Assembly: GCA_041690595.1 (NCBI GenBank) | Contig: JAWLHB010000039.1 | Coordinates: 56,166-76,165, forward strand | Origin: Lentisphaeria bacterium | GTDB taxonomy: Bacteria > Verrucomicrobiota > Lentisphaeria > JABSQK01 > JAWLHB01 | Reading direction: 5' to 3' | Length of the DNA: 20,000 nucleotides | Shown: one piece after another, positions 1-8,591 of the stretch | Numbering within the stretch: the first letter of the stretch is position 1 | Layout of the letters: each line of letters starts with the position of its first letter | The notes under the pieces: model-generated | The model's database searches: none | Told to the model about the DNA's origin: nothing | Seen by the model: the letters and a program-made list of their open reading frames with translations, nothing else | Translations under genes and position numbers: made by a program

Positions 1-1
1 G

Positions 2-901
2 GTGGGGCAGGGGGGCAGCATGGCGCTTGGCGATATTGTGCTCGATACCCTCAGCGAGCGCGAGTACGCAGGCGTCAAGCAATGGCCGATGGCGCCCGAA
101 CCGATTGCCGGGCGCAATACTGCCACCGCCTGGCAGCGGCGCATCGCCATGATGACCGATCCTGATCCCGCGGGAGCCAACTACATCGCCATGCGCGATC
201 GCATCCGCGGCGAACTCCCCACCGAATGGACCCTGTGGGTGCATGGCGATGTACAGGAATACACCGCCAATCCCCTTCGTGTTACGGGCCATGCCGGTGT
301 CGACATGCTCCTCTATGTTCTGGATCCCGATGCCGGCCAGGCGTCCAGCGCCGAGGTCGAATTCCGCGGCAAGTACAACCGCCCCAGCTCACTCATCCAC
401 TACGCGCGACCGGCTGGACGCGGGCTCCTCAGCATCCTCTATCCCATTCTGCCTGACCAGGAGGCGCCGACAGTGGCGCCGCTGCCCGACCTTGCCGGCT
501 TCACCCTCCGCCTTGGCGACCGGCTCGACTGGCTCTTCATGCCCGAAGATCCCCGCCACCTTGCGGTCGAAGGCTTCGAGGTTGACGGCGCCTTCGCCAG
601 CGTCTCCAGACGCGCCGACGGTACGCACATCATGCTCGAACGCAATACCCGGTTGACCCTGCCGGAGTTGACCGTTCATGCCAACCTCCCGGTGGAACTG
701 CATCTCCGCGCCACCGTCATCGACGGTTTCGTTCCCAGCACAATGGCGGCTGCCGCCATTTACCTGCAGGGCCCGATCGCAGCCCGCGCCCAGGCCCTCA
801 CCATCGACGGCGAGCCCGCTTCTCTGGTCACGGACGAAGCTGGTTTTCGACTTCAGCTCCCTCCCGGTCCCCACTCCTGGCAGCTCACCCTGCGCCCATA
901 G
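2..901 (+). CDS. C-terminal part (5'-truncated by window) of a large heparinase II/III-like / polysaccharide lyase-like protein; paralogue of the 13662..17201 protein
   Basis: Frame is open from the window edge to TAG at 899-901. Segment WQRRIAMMTDPDPAGANYIAMRDRIRGELPTEWTLW aligns by eye with WQRQVLFLRDDTPDGRHYLVLRDSILNEQPTRWHFW of the 1179-aa protein. The 'W.R.v.f....Y.v.rD' pattern is typical of heparinase II/III C-terminal beta domains. Confidence 0.6.
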   Translation: MGQGGSMALGDIVLDTLSEREYAGVKQWPMAPEPIAGRNTATAWQRRIAMMTDPDPAGANYIAMRDRIRGELPTEWTLWVHGDVQEYTANPLRVTGHAGVDMLLYVLDPDAGQASSAEVEFRGKYNRPSSLIHYARPAGRGLLSILYPILPDQEAPTVAPLPDLAGFTLRLGDRLDWLFMPEDPRHLAVEGFEVDGAFASVSRRADGTHIMLERNTRLTLPELTVHANLPVELHLRATVIDGFVPSTMAAAAIYLQGPIAARAQALTIDGEPASLVTDEAGFRLQLPPGPHSWQLTLRP

Positions 902-934
902 CCGCCACGGCAATCAGGCAGCCCCTTCCTGCAC

Positions 935-970
935 GATGGGAAGAAGGGGAATAATGGGAAGAATGGAGGT
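935..970. repeat. Degenerate 9-bp-period short tandem repeat (about 4 units, consensus AATGGGAAG)
   Basis: gatgggaag aaggggaat aatgggaag aatggaggt read directly at 935-970. Confidence 0.5.
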
Positions 971-1088
971 GACGGACGAAGGGGGACAGGCGTCGGGGAG
1001 TGGGGATGCGATCCGCCGGGGACTTGTGGAAGCCGCACGGGGAACCAGGAATGGACAGCAATACACACGGATCGCGATCGGAGCAGGA

Positions 1089-1232
1089 CAATGGCAACCT
1101 GGCAACGGCCTAATCGCCGCTCGGAGAGCGCCTCAACTAATAAGTCCCGTGGAATTGAGTTCACGCGGGGAGGGGGCGACGGCAATGGCAGGGCCGTTGG
1201 AAACGGCCCAATCGCCGTTCGGAGAACGCCTC
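1089..1232. repeat. Imperfect ~46-50 bp direct duplication (1089-1134 and 1183-1232)
   Basis: caatggcaacctggcaacggcctaatcgccgctcggagagcgcctc versus caatggcagggccgttggaaacggcccaatcgccgttcggagaacgcctc. Confidence 0.75.
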
Positions 1233-1468
1233 CCACTTTGAGGTCAGCGCAGGGGCGGAACGAGCGTGGACTTATGAAGAAGAATGTCCGGGCGACGGCC
1301 GGGTGGGGACTTCCACACTGAACTCACGCAGGGGGCGGAATGGGTTTGGACTTATGAAGAAAATGTCCGGGCAACGGCGGGGTGGAGACTCCCACTTTGA
1401 GCTCAGCACAGGGTATGGGACGGGCGTGAACGTATGAAGAGAATGACCAGGCAACGGCCGGACGGGGG
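1230..1468. repeat. Intergenic degenerate tandem array, 3 units of ~80 bp
   Basis: Core c(t/g)tatgaaga starts at 1271, 1351 and 1431. Units share ct(c/t)ccac..tga..tca...aggg...gga...tatgaaga..aatg.cc.ggc(g/a)acggc. Confidence 0.9.
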
Positions 1469-1470
1469 CA

Positions 1471-2544
1471 TCAGGCGGGCTGGATGGCGTCGCAGAGATA
1501 GACGTCCTGGATGGCGTTGAGGAGGGCGATGCCTTCGTTCATGGGGCGCTGGAAGGCTTTGCGGCCGCTGATCAGCCCCATGCCGCCGGCGCGCTTGTTG
1601 ATGACGGCGGTGGTGATGGCTTCGGCATAGTCGTTCTTGCCGCTGGGGCCACCGGAGTTGATCAAACCGAAGCGGCCAAGGTAGTTGTTGAGGACTTGGT
1701 AGCGGCAGAGATCGATGGGATGATCGCTGCAAAGGTCGGTGTACATGGCGGGGCTGGATTTGCCGTAGGATTTGCCGCTCTTGCTGAGGGCCTTGTAGCC
1801 GCCATTGAGTTCGGGGAGCTTCTGCTTGATGATGTCGGCCTGGATGGTGACGCCAAGATGGTTGGCCTGGCCGGTGAGATCGGCGGCGGTATGGTAGTCG
1901 TTGCCGTCGACCTTGAAGCCGTCACTTCGCAGATAACACCAGAGGATGGTGACGAGGCCCAACTCGTGGGCGTGCTGAAAGGCCTCGCTCACTTCGACGA
2001 TCTGGCGAGTGCTTTCTTCTGAGCCGAAGTAGATGGTGGCGCCGACGGCGACAGCGCCCATCTCGAAGGCTTGGTCAACGCTGGCGAACATGACCTGATC
2101 GTAGCGGTTGGGGACGCTCAGCAGCTCGTTGTGGTTGAGCTTGACGATAAAGGGGATCTTGTGGGCATGGCGGCGGGCGGTTGCGCCAAGGACGCCCAGG
2201 GTGGAGGCGACGGCATTGCAGCCGCCCTCGATGGCGAGCTTGACGATGTTGGCGGGATCGAAGTAAATGGGGTTGGGCGCAAAGGAAGCGCCGGCGGAGT
2301 GCTCGATACCCTGGTCCACCGGAAGAATGGAAATGTACCCGGTGCCGCCGAGGCGGCCGTGGTTGAGGATCGCCTGCAGATTGCGCAGGACGACGGGGCT
2401 GCGATCGGTCTGCGCAAAGACGCGGTCGACATAGTCGGGGCCGGGCAGGTGAAGCTGGTCGCGGGAGATCTTTGGGGCGTTGAAGTCGAGGAGGTGAGCG
2501 GCGTCGGCGCCAAGGGCCTGGCGGATGGAATCGGCAGTGGACAT
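1471..2544 (-). CDS. fbaB: Class I fructose-bisphosphate aldolase (FbaB/DhnA family), 357 aa
   Basis: Contains family motifs [47 protein letters not shown], Schiff-base region ADIIKQKLP, and [20 protein letters not shown]. Start reassigned to ATG at 2544 (MSTADSI), preceded by GGAGAG. Confidence 0.96.
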   Translation of the reverse strand: MSTADSIRQALGADAAHLLDFNAPKISRDQLHLPGPDYVDRVFAQTDRSPVVLRNLQAILNHGRLGGTGYISILPVDQGIEHSAGASFAPNPIYFDPANIVKLAIEGGCNAVASTLGVLGATARRHAHKIPFIVKLNHNELLSVPNRYDQVMFASVDQAFEMGAVAVGATIYFGSEESTRQIVEVSEAFQHAHELGLVTILWCYLRSDGFKVDGNDYHTAADLTGQANHLGVTIQADIIKQKLPELNGGYKALSKSGKSYGKSSPAMYTDLCSDHPIDLCRYQVLNNYLGRFGLINSGGPSGKNDYAEAITTAVINKRAGGMGLISGRKAFQRPMNEGIALLNAIQDVYLCDAIQPA

Positions 2545-2756
2545 GGGATCTCTCCGGGAGCAGGAAGGGGTTGGTGAATGCGCATTACTATAGACCGCCT
2601 GGCGTAGAAAAACGCTCTGTCTGGCGGAGGTTCTGGCCGGGGAGAGCGAGGCGGCCGGTGCTGAAGTTGCGGCGCATCTTTTCCTGAACGTCTTTCTGCT
2701 GTACATTTCATTAGAGTCACAACGTAATCAGCCAGCAGGTTTGGACAAGGAGACTT

Positions 2757-4136
2757 ATGGGGAGACACATAGCGTTTTCGGTCGTTGATCTTGGACATGG
2801 CAATTATGCCGTTGACGAGCACGGCAGGACGGTCGCGATTGTGACGCGCCAGGGGTTTGTCGACTGGCTCCTGCGTACGCCGCTGTGCGACGGCGAGCTC
2901 GTTCGAGAGTTGTACAAGGAGACGCACATGTGTTATACGCTCGGGCTGAAGCTCGAGCTGATGACGCAGGCACCGCGAACCCTTCTCACGCAGGTGCGCT
3001 TCAACCTTCAGGACGATGCGCGCAAGCTGACCATCGTTGCGCAGGGAGATTCCGCCGATCAGCGCTTTCACAGTCGCACGAATGCCTGCCTGCTCTTTGA
3101 CGAGGAGCAGGGAGAGTATCGGTGGGATCTGGTGACGACACTGTCGTGCACGGCGGATGAGCCGGTCGACCTGCCGCGGATCGAGTACAACAATGTCTAC
3201 CCCGGGAAGGCGGGCCGCTGCTTCATGTATGCGTCGCAGAAGGAGTATCACAGCACCTTGATCGAGGCGGCTGACGGCGCCATCTGGGAGTTCCCGCATC
3301 AGCACCTCTTTCACTACAGCCGCAAGCTGGACAAGCTGGACTTCTCGAGCCGGGGAATGGCCGGCTTCTTTGGGGAACAGAGCGGGAGCCCGGTGGTGAT
3401 CGTCCGGCGCTCTTCGCTGCCGATTTCCTGGGCGATCTGCGACATGTACTACGACTTGCACTGCCTGGCGCGGGTGTCGGGGCCGTTCACGGCCGGGATG
3501 AGCTATCAGTGCGAGTATACGATTCGGTATCTGTCGCCGGTGGAGTCTCGGCAGTATCAGAAGCGGGCTCGGCGGGTGAGTCTGACGGCGGGGGAGTTGC
3601 GGGAGCACGATTACCCGCGGCTGGAGCTTGGGATGAATGCGTTTGACGCGCCGGTCGCGGTCGATCGCTTTGACGATGCTTCGGGATTCCGGCCGAAGCC
3701 GCCCGCGCGCGTGTGGGAGAAGCCGGCTGATGGGAAGAGGGGGGCGTTGCGGCTCAGCAATCCAGAGGTGGGCGAGAACGTGTGGAGCGCGGAGCCGCCG
3801 ACGCAGCTACCGCCATCCAGCCGGTTGACGCTGTCGGCGCTGGCCCGGACGCAGGATGTGTCGGGGAAAGGCTTTTTCGTGCGGGTGCGCTATCATACCT
3901 TCGAGTGGTACCCGGAGCCCCATGTTGAGTGGGCGGATGTGCTGGAGTCGATGCCGCTGACGGGAACGCATGGAGAATGGACACGAATCGAGCTGCCGCT
4001 GCTCGAGGTGCCGCCGGAGGATCGGGATTACCTGATCTGGATCGACGTGGTGCTTGACGGCGCCGGCACCGGCTGGCTGACGGACGTGGATATCGACCTT
4101 GTGCGCGTCCGACAGGCCCAGCAGGCGATCGTCTGA
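2757..4136 (+). CDS. Hypothetical protein, 459 aa, with a probable C-terminal carbohydrate-binding (galactose-binding-like/CBM) beta-sandwich
   Basis: AGGAG RBS just upstream of the ATG. The C-terminal pattern GALRL...LTLSALARTQDVSG...LTGTHGEWTRIEL...GAGTGWLTDVDI resembles CBM4/9-like jelly-roll domains. No signal peptide seen. Confidence 0.7.
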   Translation: MGRHIAFSVVDLGHGNYAVDEHGRTVAIVTRQGFVDWLLRTPLCDGELVRELYKETHMCYTLGLKLELMTQAPRTLLTQVRFNLQDDARKLTIVAQGDSADQRFHSRTNACLLFDEEQGEYRWDLVTTLSCTADEPVDLPRIEYNNVYPGKAGRCFMYASQKEYHSTLIEAADGAIWEFPHQHLFHYSRKLDKLDFSSRGMAGFFGEQSGSPVVIVRRSSLPISWAICDMYYDLHCLARVSGPFTAGMSYQCEYTIRYLSPVESRQYQKRARRVSLTAGELREHDYPRLELGMNAFDAPVAVDRFDDASGFRPKPPARVWEKPADGKRGALRLSNPEVGENVWSAEPPTQLPPSSRLTLSALARTQDVSGKGFFVRVRYHTFEWYPEPHVEWADVLESMPLTGTHGEWTRIELPLLEVPPEDRDYLIWIDVVLDGAGTGWLTDVDIDLVRVRQAQQAIV

Positions 4137-4256
4137 TCACCCCAACAGATCACTGTAAGCGTCAACCCGGCTTTTGGAGCTGGTAAGTGGGGCTGACCGG
4201 CGCTACAGTAATGCGGGGAAAATCAGTTTGCGGATGTGTAGGCCAGGGGTAGGTCA

Positions 4257-5597
4257 ATGGCTGTGGGAACGGGTATGTACAACCTGAAAGACGGCTCGCG
4301 GATCGGCATCGTTGGTGCTGGGCCAGCGGGATCGTTTACGGCTTTTTTTCTGCTTGAAATGGCTGAGCGGATAGGGATGAAGCTGCAGGTGGATCTCTAC
4401 GATCCCAAGGATTTTCGGCGCCACGGTCCGATCGGCTGCAACCACTGCGGGGGAATCATCTCGGAATCGCTGGTGCAGGCGCTGGCGACGGAAGGTATCG
4501 TCCTGCCCAACGATGTGGTGCAGCGCGGGATCGACTCCTACATGCTGCATATCGGTTCGGAAGAGGTGAGTATCCAGACGCCTCTGCACGAGATGCGGTT
4601 GGCGGCGCTGCATCGCGGGCGGGGGCCAAGTGACTGCAGCAGCCTGCCGACGCAATGGGCCAGCTTCGATGGCTTCCTGCTGGACCTGGCGGTGGAGAAA
4701 GGGGCGACTCATCATCGTCTGGCGGTGGAGAAGATCGGTTGGGAGAATGGGCGCCCGGTCCTGGAGGCCGCTTCCGGAAGGAGCATTTGTGATCTGGTGA
4801 TTGGCGCCATTGGGGTGAACGCGGGTAGCATGGAGTTGTTTCGCGGCTCGGGATTCGAGATGCGTGAGGCCGAGCGTGCGCCCGCGGCCATCGCGGAGGT
4901 GTTCATCGGCCACGAGCGCGTGCAGGAACTCTTTGGCAGCACGATGCACGTCTTCATGCTGAAAGAGGAAGGGGTGGAGTTCGCGGCGCTGATTCCGAAG
5001 GGGGAATACATCACGGCGTGCTTACTTGGTCCTTCCGTGGATCGGGAGTCGATGAAGCACTTTCTGACGCTGCCGGAGGTGCAGCGTTGTCTGCCGATCG
5101 ACTGGACGGATCCGCCGCTGTCGTGCCGCTGCCAGCCGTGGATCAATGTTGGCGCTTCGCATCCGCTCTATGCGAACCGGGTTGCGCTGGTGGGCGACTG
5201 TGGGGTGAGCCGGCTGTACAAGGACGGCATCGGCGCGGCCTATCGTACGGCCAAGGCCTGCGCGGTGACGGCGGTTTTCCATGGCGTTTCGCGGGATGAT
5301 TTTGCCACCTACTACGGTCCCACCTGTGAGCGACTTTCGAAGGACAATCTTCTCGGGCATCGGCTCTTTCGCGGCGCCGGCCTGTTGCGGGACAATGCCT
5401 TTCTGCGTCGCGCGACGCTACGGCTGGTGCGTGACGAGCAGGCGGATCCCAAGAGTGCCGGAGCGATGAGTGGTATCTTCTGGGATCTTTTTACTGGAAG
5501 TGCCTCGTATCGTGACATATTCTTACGGGCAGTGAACCCCGGCTTCTTGATGCGTTTTGCGGCGGCGAGCCTTCTTCCCAAGGGGCACGGCGGATGA
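4257..5597 (+). CDS. FAD-dependent oxidoreductase (geranylgeranyl-reductase-like flavoprotein superfamily), ~440 aa; alternative start 4275
   Basis: Rossmann motif IGIVGAGPAG, CNHCGG at the position of the GGR 'CGG' motif, and second FAD fingerprint VALVGDCG...GIGAA. Confidence 0.85.
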   Translation: MAVGTGMYNLKDGSRIGIVGAGPAGSFTAFFLLEMAERIGMKLQVDLYDPKDFRRHGPIGCNHCGGIISESLVQALATEGIVLPNDVVQRGIDSYMLHIGSEEVSIQTPLHEMRLAALHRGRGPSDCSSLPTQWASFDGFLLDLAVEKGATHHRLAVEKIGWENGRPVLEAASGRSICDLVIGAIGVNAGSMELFRGSGFEMREAERAPAAIAEVFIGHERVQELFGSTMHVFMLKEEGVEFAALIPKGEYITACLLGPSVDRESMKHFLTLPEVQRCLPIDWTDPPLSCRCQPWINVGASHPLYANRVALVGDCGVSRLYKDGIGAAYRTAKACAVTAVFHGVSRDDFATYYGPTCERLSKDNLLGHRLFRGAGLLRDNAFLRRATLRLVRDEQADPKSAGAMSGIFWDLFTGSASYRDIFLRAVNPGFLMRFAAASLLPKGHGG

Positions 5598-5625
5598 TGA
5601 GGATTTGTGAACGAGACCATGACCT

Positions 5626-6030
5626 ATGAATATCGGCCAGCTCGGCAAGATCTATAAGGATGGCGACGTGGTCTTCCGCCAGGGAGATCCGGGAGACACT
5701 CTCTTTGTGGTGCAGCACGGGCAGGTCGAGTTGTTCTATCGGCACGAGGATGGCGTGGAAGTCGCGTTGACGGTGCTGCAGCCGGGAGATATCTTCGGCC
5801 AGATTGCATTATTTCGGAGCTGCCCGCGTACGGTAACGGCGGTAACACGGGGGCAGTGCCGCATTCTGACTCTTTCCCGGGAGGCATTTCTGAGCCGCAT
5901 TCATGAAGATCCGTCTCTGGCGTACCAGGCGCTGAAGCGGCTTTCGGAGCGGATCGATCGCCTGCAGCGGGAGATGGCACAGCTGAAGCGGCCCACCGCA
6001 CGCCCGGAATCGGGTCAGGTTACAACATAG
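5626..6030 (+). CDS. Stand-alone cyclic nucleotide-binding domain protein (no HTH), 134 aa
   Basis: YKDGDVVFRQGDPGDTLFVVQHGQV...LQPGDIFGQIALF...PRTVTA is a cNMP beta-barrel, followed by C-helix LAYQALKRLSERIDRLQREM. Confidence 0.9.
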   Translation: MNIGQLGKIYKDGDVVFRQGDPGDTLFVVQHGQVELFYRHEDGVEVALTVLQPGDIFGQIALFRSCPRTVTAVTRGQCRILTLSREAFLSRIHEDPSLAYQALKRLSERIDRLQREMAQLKRPTARPESGQVTT

Positions 6031-6065
6031 ACGAGAACCTTGCACACCTGAAGGAGAGAGCTGTC

Positions 6066-8585
6066 ATGAAACGACTGATGAGCGGTTTTATCGCGGCATT
6101 GCTGGCGACCCTGCACTGCGGAGCGCAGGAAGCGCGATCGTATGTCCTGGTGCAGGATGGCGTGGCAAAGGCAAGTCTGGTCCTGGCGGCAACCCCGTCG
6201 AAAGCGGCACAGTTTGCCGCTGGTGAGATTCAGCATCATGTGCGGCTGATCACGGGCGTGACGCTGCCGATCGTTCAGGATGGGGAGGCGATCGATGGTA
6301 TTCAGATAGCCATTGGGGATACCAGTGCCGCCCGGAAAGCGGGAATCGTCGCATCGGAGCTGGGGCCGCAGGAGTACGTGGTGGCTGGCGTGGAGGGCGG
6401 CATTATCCTGGTTGGGCTGGACAGTGCGGAGCTGGTGGAGGTGGTTTATGATCCTGCGAACTGGGCGTTGGGCGCAAACTGGCCAGGATTGTGGGAAGCG
6501 CAGGCAACCCTCTATGCCGCCTATGATTTTCTCGAGAACCAGTGTGGCGTGCGGTGGCTGAATCAGACGGAGCTGGGGACCGTTTACGATGAACGCACGA
6601 CGCTGTCGGTGGAGGTGGAGACGGGGCTGTTGCCGCGCCGTCCCTTCTTCGCGTACCGAGATACGCTGGGGGCCGTGGGAGACAATGTCTCGCAGTATGA
6701 TCGCTACACACACCTGTGGAGCCCCCAGGATGAGGAGTTTCAGGCTTGGGATGCGCTGGCGTACGCGGGGACGCGGCAGCAGTATGCGGGCGGCGGCTTC
6801 GAGGCGGCGCGGGCGAAGCTCAGTCAGCTCTTTCTGCTGCGTCACCGGAGTGGGGGAAGTCCCGCCCGCTGCAATCATTCGCTCTATGGTTATTATGCGC
6901 GCTTCTGGGAAAAGCGGCCGGGACAGGAGGCGCTTTTCGAGGAACAGCGGCCGGAGTATTTCGCCAAGGGATATGAGGGGGAGCCGCCGCAGCTCTGCTA
7001 CATGGATCCGGGACTGGTGAAACAGGTCGCGCAGGATGCGCGCGACTATTACGATGGCAAGAGCACCGCTAAGGAGCAGGGGATCTTCTGGAATCCGACG
7101 CTGCCGAACCCCTTTCCGGTGGAGCCCATGGACAACTCCTTCTACTGCAAGTGCGAGCGTTGCCAGGAGTACCTGAAGGTGCATGAGCAGGGGAGCAACG
7201 GCCTCTACACCAATGGTGTCTACAGCGACTACTTCTTTCAGTTCGTCAATGCCGTGGCGGAAGAGCTGGCGACGACGCATCCGGACAAGGTGATCCTGAC
7301 GCTGGCTTACAGCAGTCACGGCTTGCCGCCGAGTTTTGAAATGGCGCGAAATGTCCAGATCGAGTACTGCGTTGCGGCAAACCGGTCGCCCTTCAGTACC
7401 GATTATGCGCACGAGCTGGAAGTGCTTCGGCAATGGGCCACGCTGACGCCTACTCAACCCCTTTATCTCTGGCTCTACTACACCTTTCCGCTGGAGCAGG
7501 CACGCAACGGCAAGTATCACTGTTTCCCCGGCTTCTTCGCGCATGCGATCGGTGAGCAGTTTCGTTTTTTTGCCGACCAGGGGGTAAATGGCATGTTCCA
7601 CTGTGGGTGGGGGCAGGAGGTGGAAGCGTATGTCACGCTGAAGTTGATGGTGGACCCGCGGCTCGATGTCGAGATGTTACTCGACGAGTACTTCAAGGGG
7701 CTCTATGGGGCGGCGGCGGCTCCGATGAAGCAGATGTATCTGGCCATGGAGAAGACGTATGTCGACCCTGCCCTGCGCCTGGAGAAGGGGGCCAGCGGTC
7801 CTGGGCTGGCGTGGGGGCGTCTTGGAACGGCGGAGCGCATGGCGGAGTTTCAGGCGTTTCTGGATCAGGCAAAGGGCGCCGCCACGACGGAACGCGAGCA
7901 GCGTGCCATCGCCATGTTCGAGCACAGCACCTGGAGCTACATGTTGCAGGGGCGGGCCAGCTACGTGGAGCGCCAGAAGGCGCCCATTCCGACGGTTAAC
8001 GTTCCCAGGCTTGCCGCTGTCGACGGTGATCTGTCACGGATTGACTGGAGCAAGGCGGCACCACTCTCGGAGAGCTGGTATGTGCGTGGGGGCAGCCAGC
8101 TGTCGGAGCGCCGGTACAGCGGCCGCGTGGCGCATGATGGGGAGTGGCTTTACCTGGAGCTGATCGATCATTGCCCCACGGAGAAGGTGGTTGTCTCTCC
8201 CGGCGTCTTCCCGTTCGACGACTGGGAGCTCTTCATCGCCCGTCAGCGGGACCTTCCTTACCGGCAGGTGGCGGTTGGGCCGACGGGTTCCATCAAAGTG
8301 CTGAGCCATGGTGAAGTGAACTGGCGCCGCAATGTGGTTATCGAGGAGCACGGCGTGCAGGCTGTGAGCGATACGAGCGCGCCGGACCAATGGGTGACCC
8401 GGCTGGCGATCTCCTTTGACGATTCGCTGGCGGGTGGGCGTCCGGAGGGCAGGATTTTCCTGAACATCGTGCGGGTGATCAACCCCGCGCTGGCAGGTGA
8501 GGGACGCCTTGGTATCGACACGTGGGTTTCGCACTGTACCGTGCATGAAGTGGATCGGCTCGGCGAGCTTGTCCTGCAACCTTGA
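6066..8585 (+). CDS. Secreted DUF4838-like protein with an N-terminal GH20/GH67-N-like domain and a C-terminal CBM9-like sugar-binding domain, 839 aa
   Basis: Signal peptide MKRLMSGFIAALLATLHCGA. N-domain pattern AAGEIQHHVRLITGVTLPI...TLYAAYDFLENQCGVRWL. Cys cluster PMDNSFYCKCERC typical of DUF4838. C-terminal VDGDLSRIDWSKA...AHDGEWLYL...DDWELFI is CBM9-like. AGGAGAG RBS. Confidence 0.75.
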   Translation: MKRLMSGFIAALLATLHCGAQEARSYVLVQDGVAKASLVLAATPSKAAQFAAGEIQHHVRLITGVTLPIVQDGEAIDGIQIAIGDTSAARKAGIVASELGPQEYVVAGVEGGIILVGLDSAELVEVVYDPANWALGANWPGLWEAQATLYAAYDFLENQCGVRWLNQTELGTVYDERTTLSVEVETGLLPRRPFFAYRDTLGAVGDNVSQYDRYTHLWSPQDEEFQAWDALAYAGTRQQYAGGGFEAARAKLSQLFLLRHRSGGSPARCNHSLYGYYARFWEKRPGQEALFEEQRPEYFAKGYEGEPPQLCYMDPGLVKQVAQDARDYYDGKSTAKEQGIFWNPTLPNPFPVEPMDNSFYCKCERCQEYLKVHEQGSNGLYTNGVYSDYFFQFVNAVAEELATTHPDKVILTLAYSSHGLPPSFEMARNVQIEYCVAANRSPFSTDYAHELEVLRQWATLTPTQPLYLWLYYTFPLEQARNGKYHCFPGFFAHAIGEQFRFFADQGVNGMFHCGWGQEVEAYVTLKLMVDPRLDVEMLLDEYFKGLYGAAAAPMKQMYLAMEKTYVDPALRLEKGASGPGLAWGRLGTAERMAEFQAFLDQAKGAATTEREQRAIAMFEHSTWSYMLQGRASYVERQKAPIPTVNVPRLAAVDGDLSRIDWSKAAPLSESWYVRGGSQLSERRYSGRVAHDGEWLYLELIDHCPTEKVVVSPGVFPFDDWELFIARQRDLPYRQVAVGPTGSIKVLSHGEVNWRRNVVIEEHGVQAVSDTSAPDQWVTRLAISFDDSLAGGRPEGRIFLNIVRVINPALAGEGRLGIDTWVSHCTVHEVDRLGELVLQP

Positions 8586-8591
8586 GGAGAG

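Noticed and set aside
678..1321. Short ORFs spanning the 901-1470 intergenic region
   Set aside because: They overlap the real gene or repeats, show no family motifs, and have compositionally biased translations.
1230..1468. Calling the 80-bp array a CRISPR or a small-peptide gene array
   Set aside because: Similarity extends over whole units with no invariant repeat plus unique spacer. The period is not a multiple of 3, and the ATGAAGA cores do not open conserved frames.
2545..2706. N-terminal extensions given by the ORF track for fbaB (and 9744, 10414, 18498 starts of other genes)
   Set aside because: Family similarity and RBS positions support downstream starts at 2544, 9771/9777, 10525 and 18414.
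2118..3608. 496-aa minus-strand ORF
   Set aside because: It is the antisense/off-frame shadow of fbaB and the 2757..4136 gene, is Arg/Pro-rich and has no motifs.
6015..7601. 528-aa minus-strand ORF
   Set aside because: It is the antisense shadow of the DUF4838-like gene, as is typical of high-GC codon bias.
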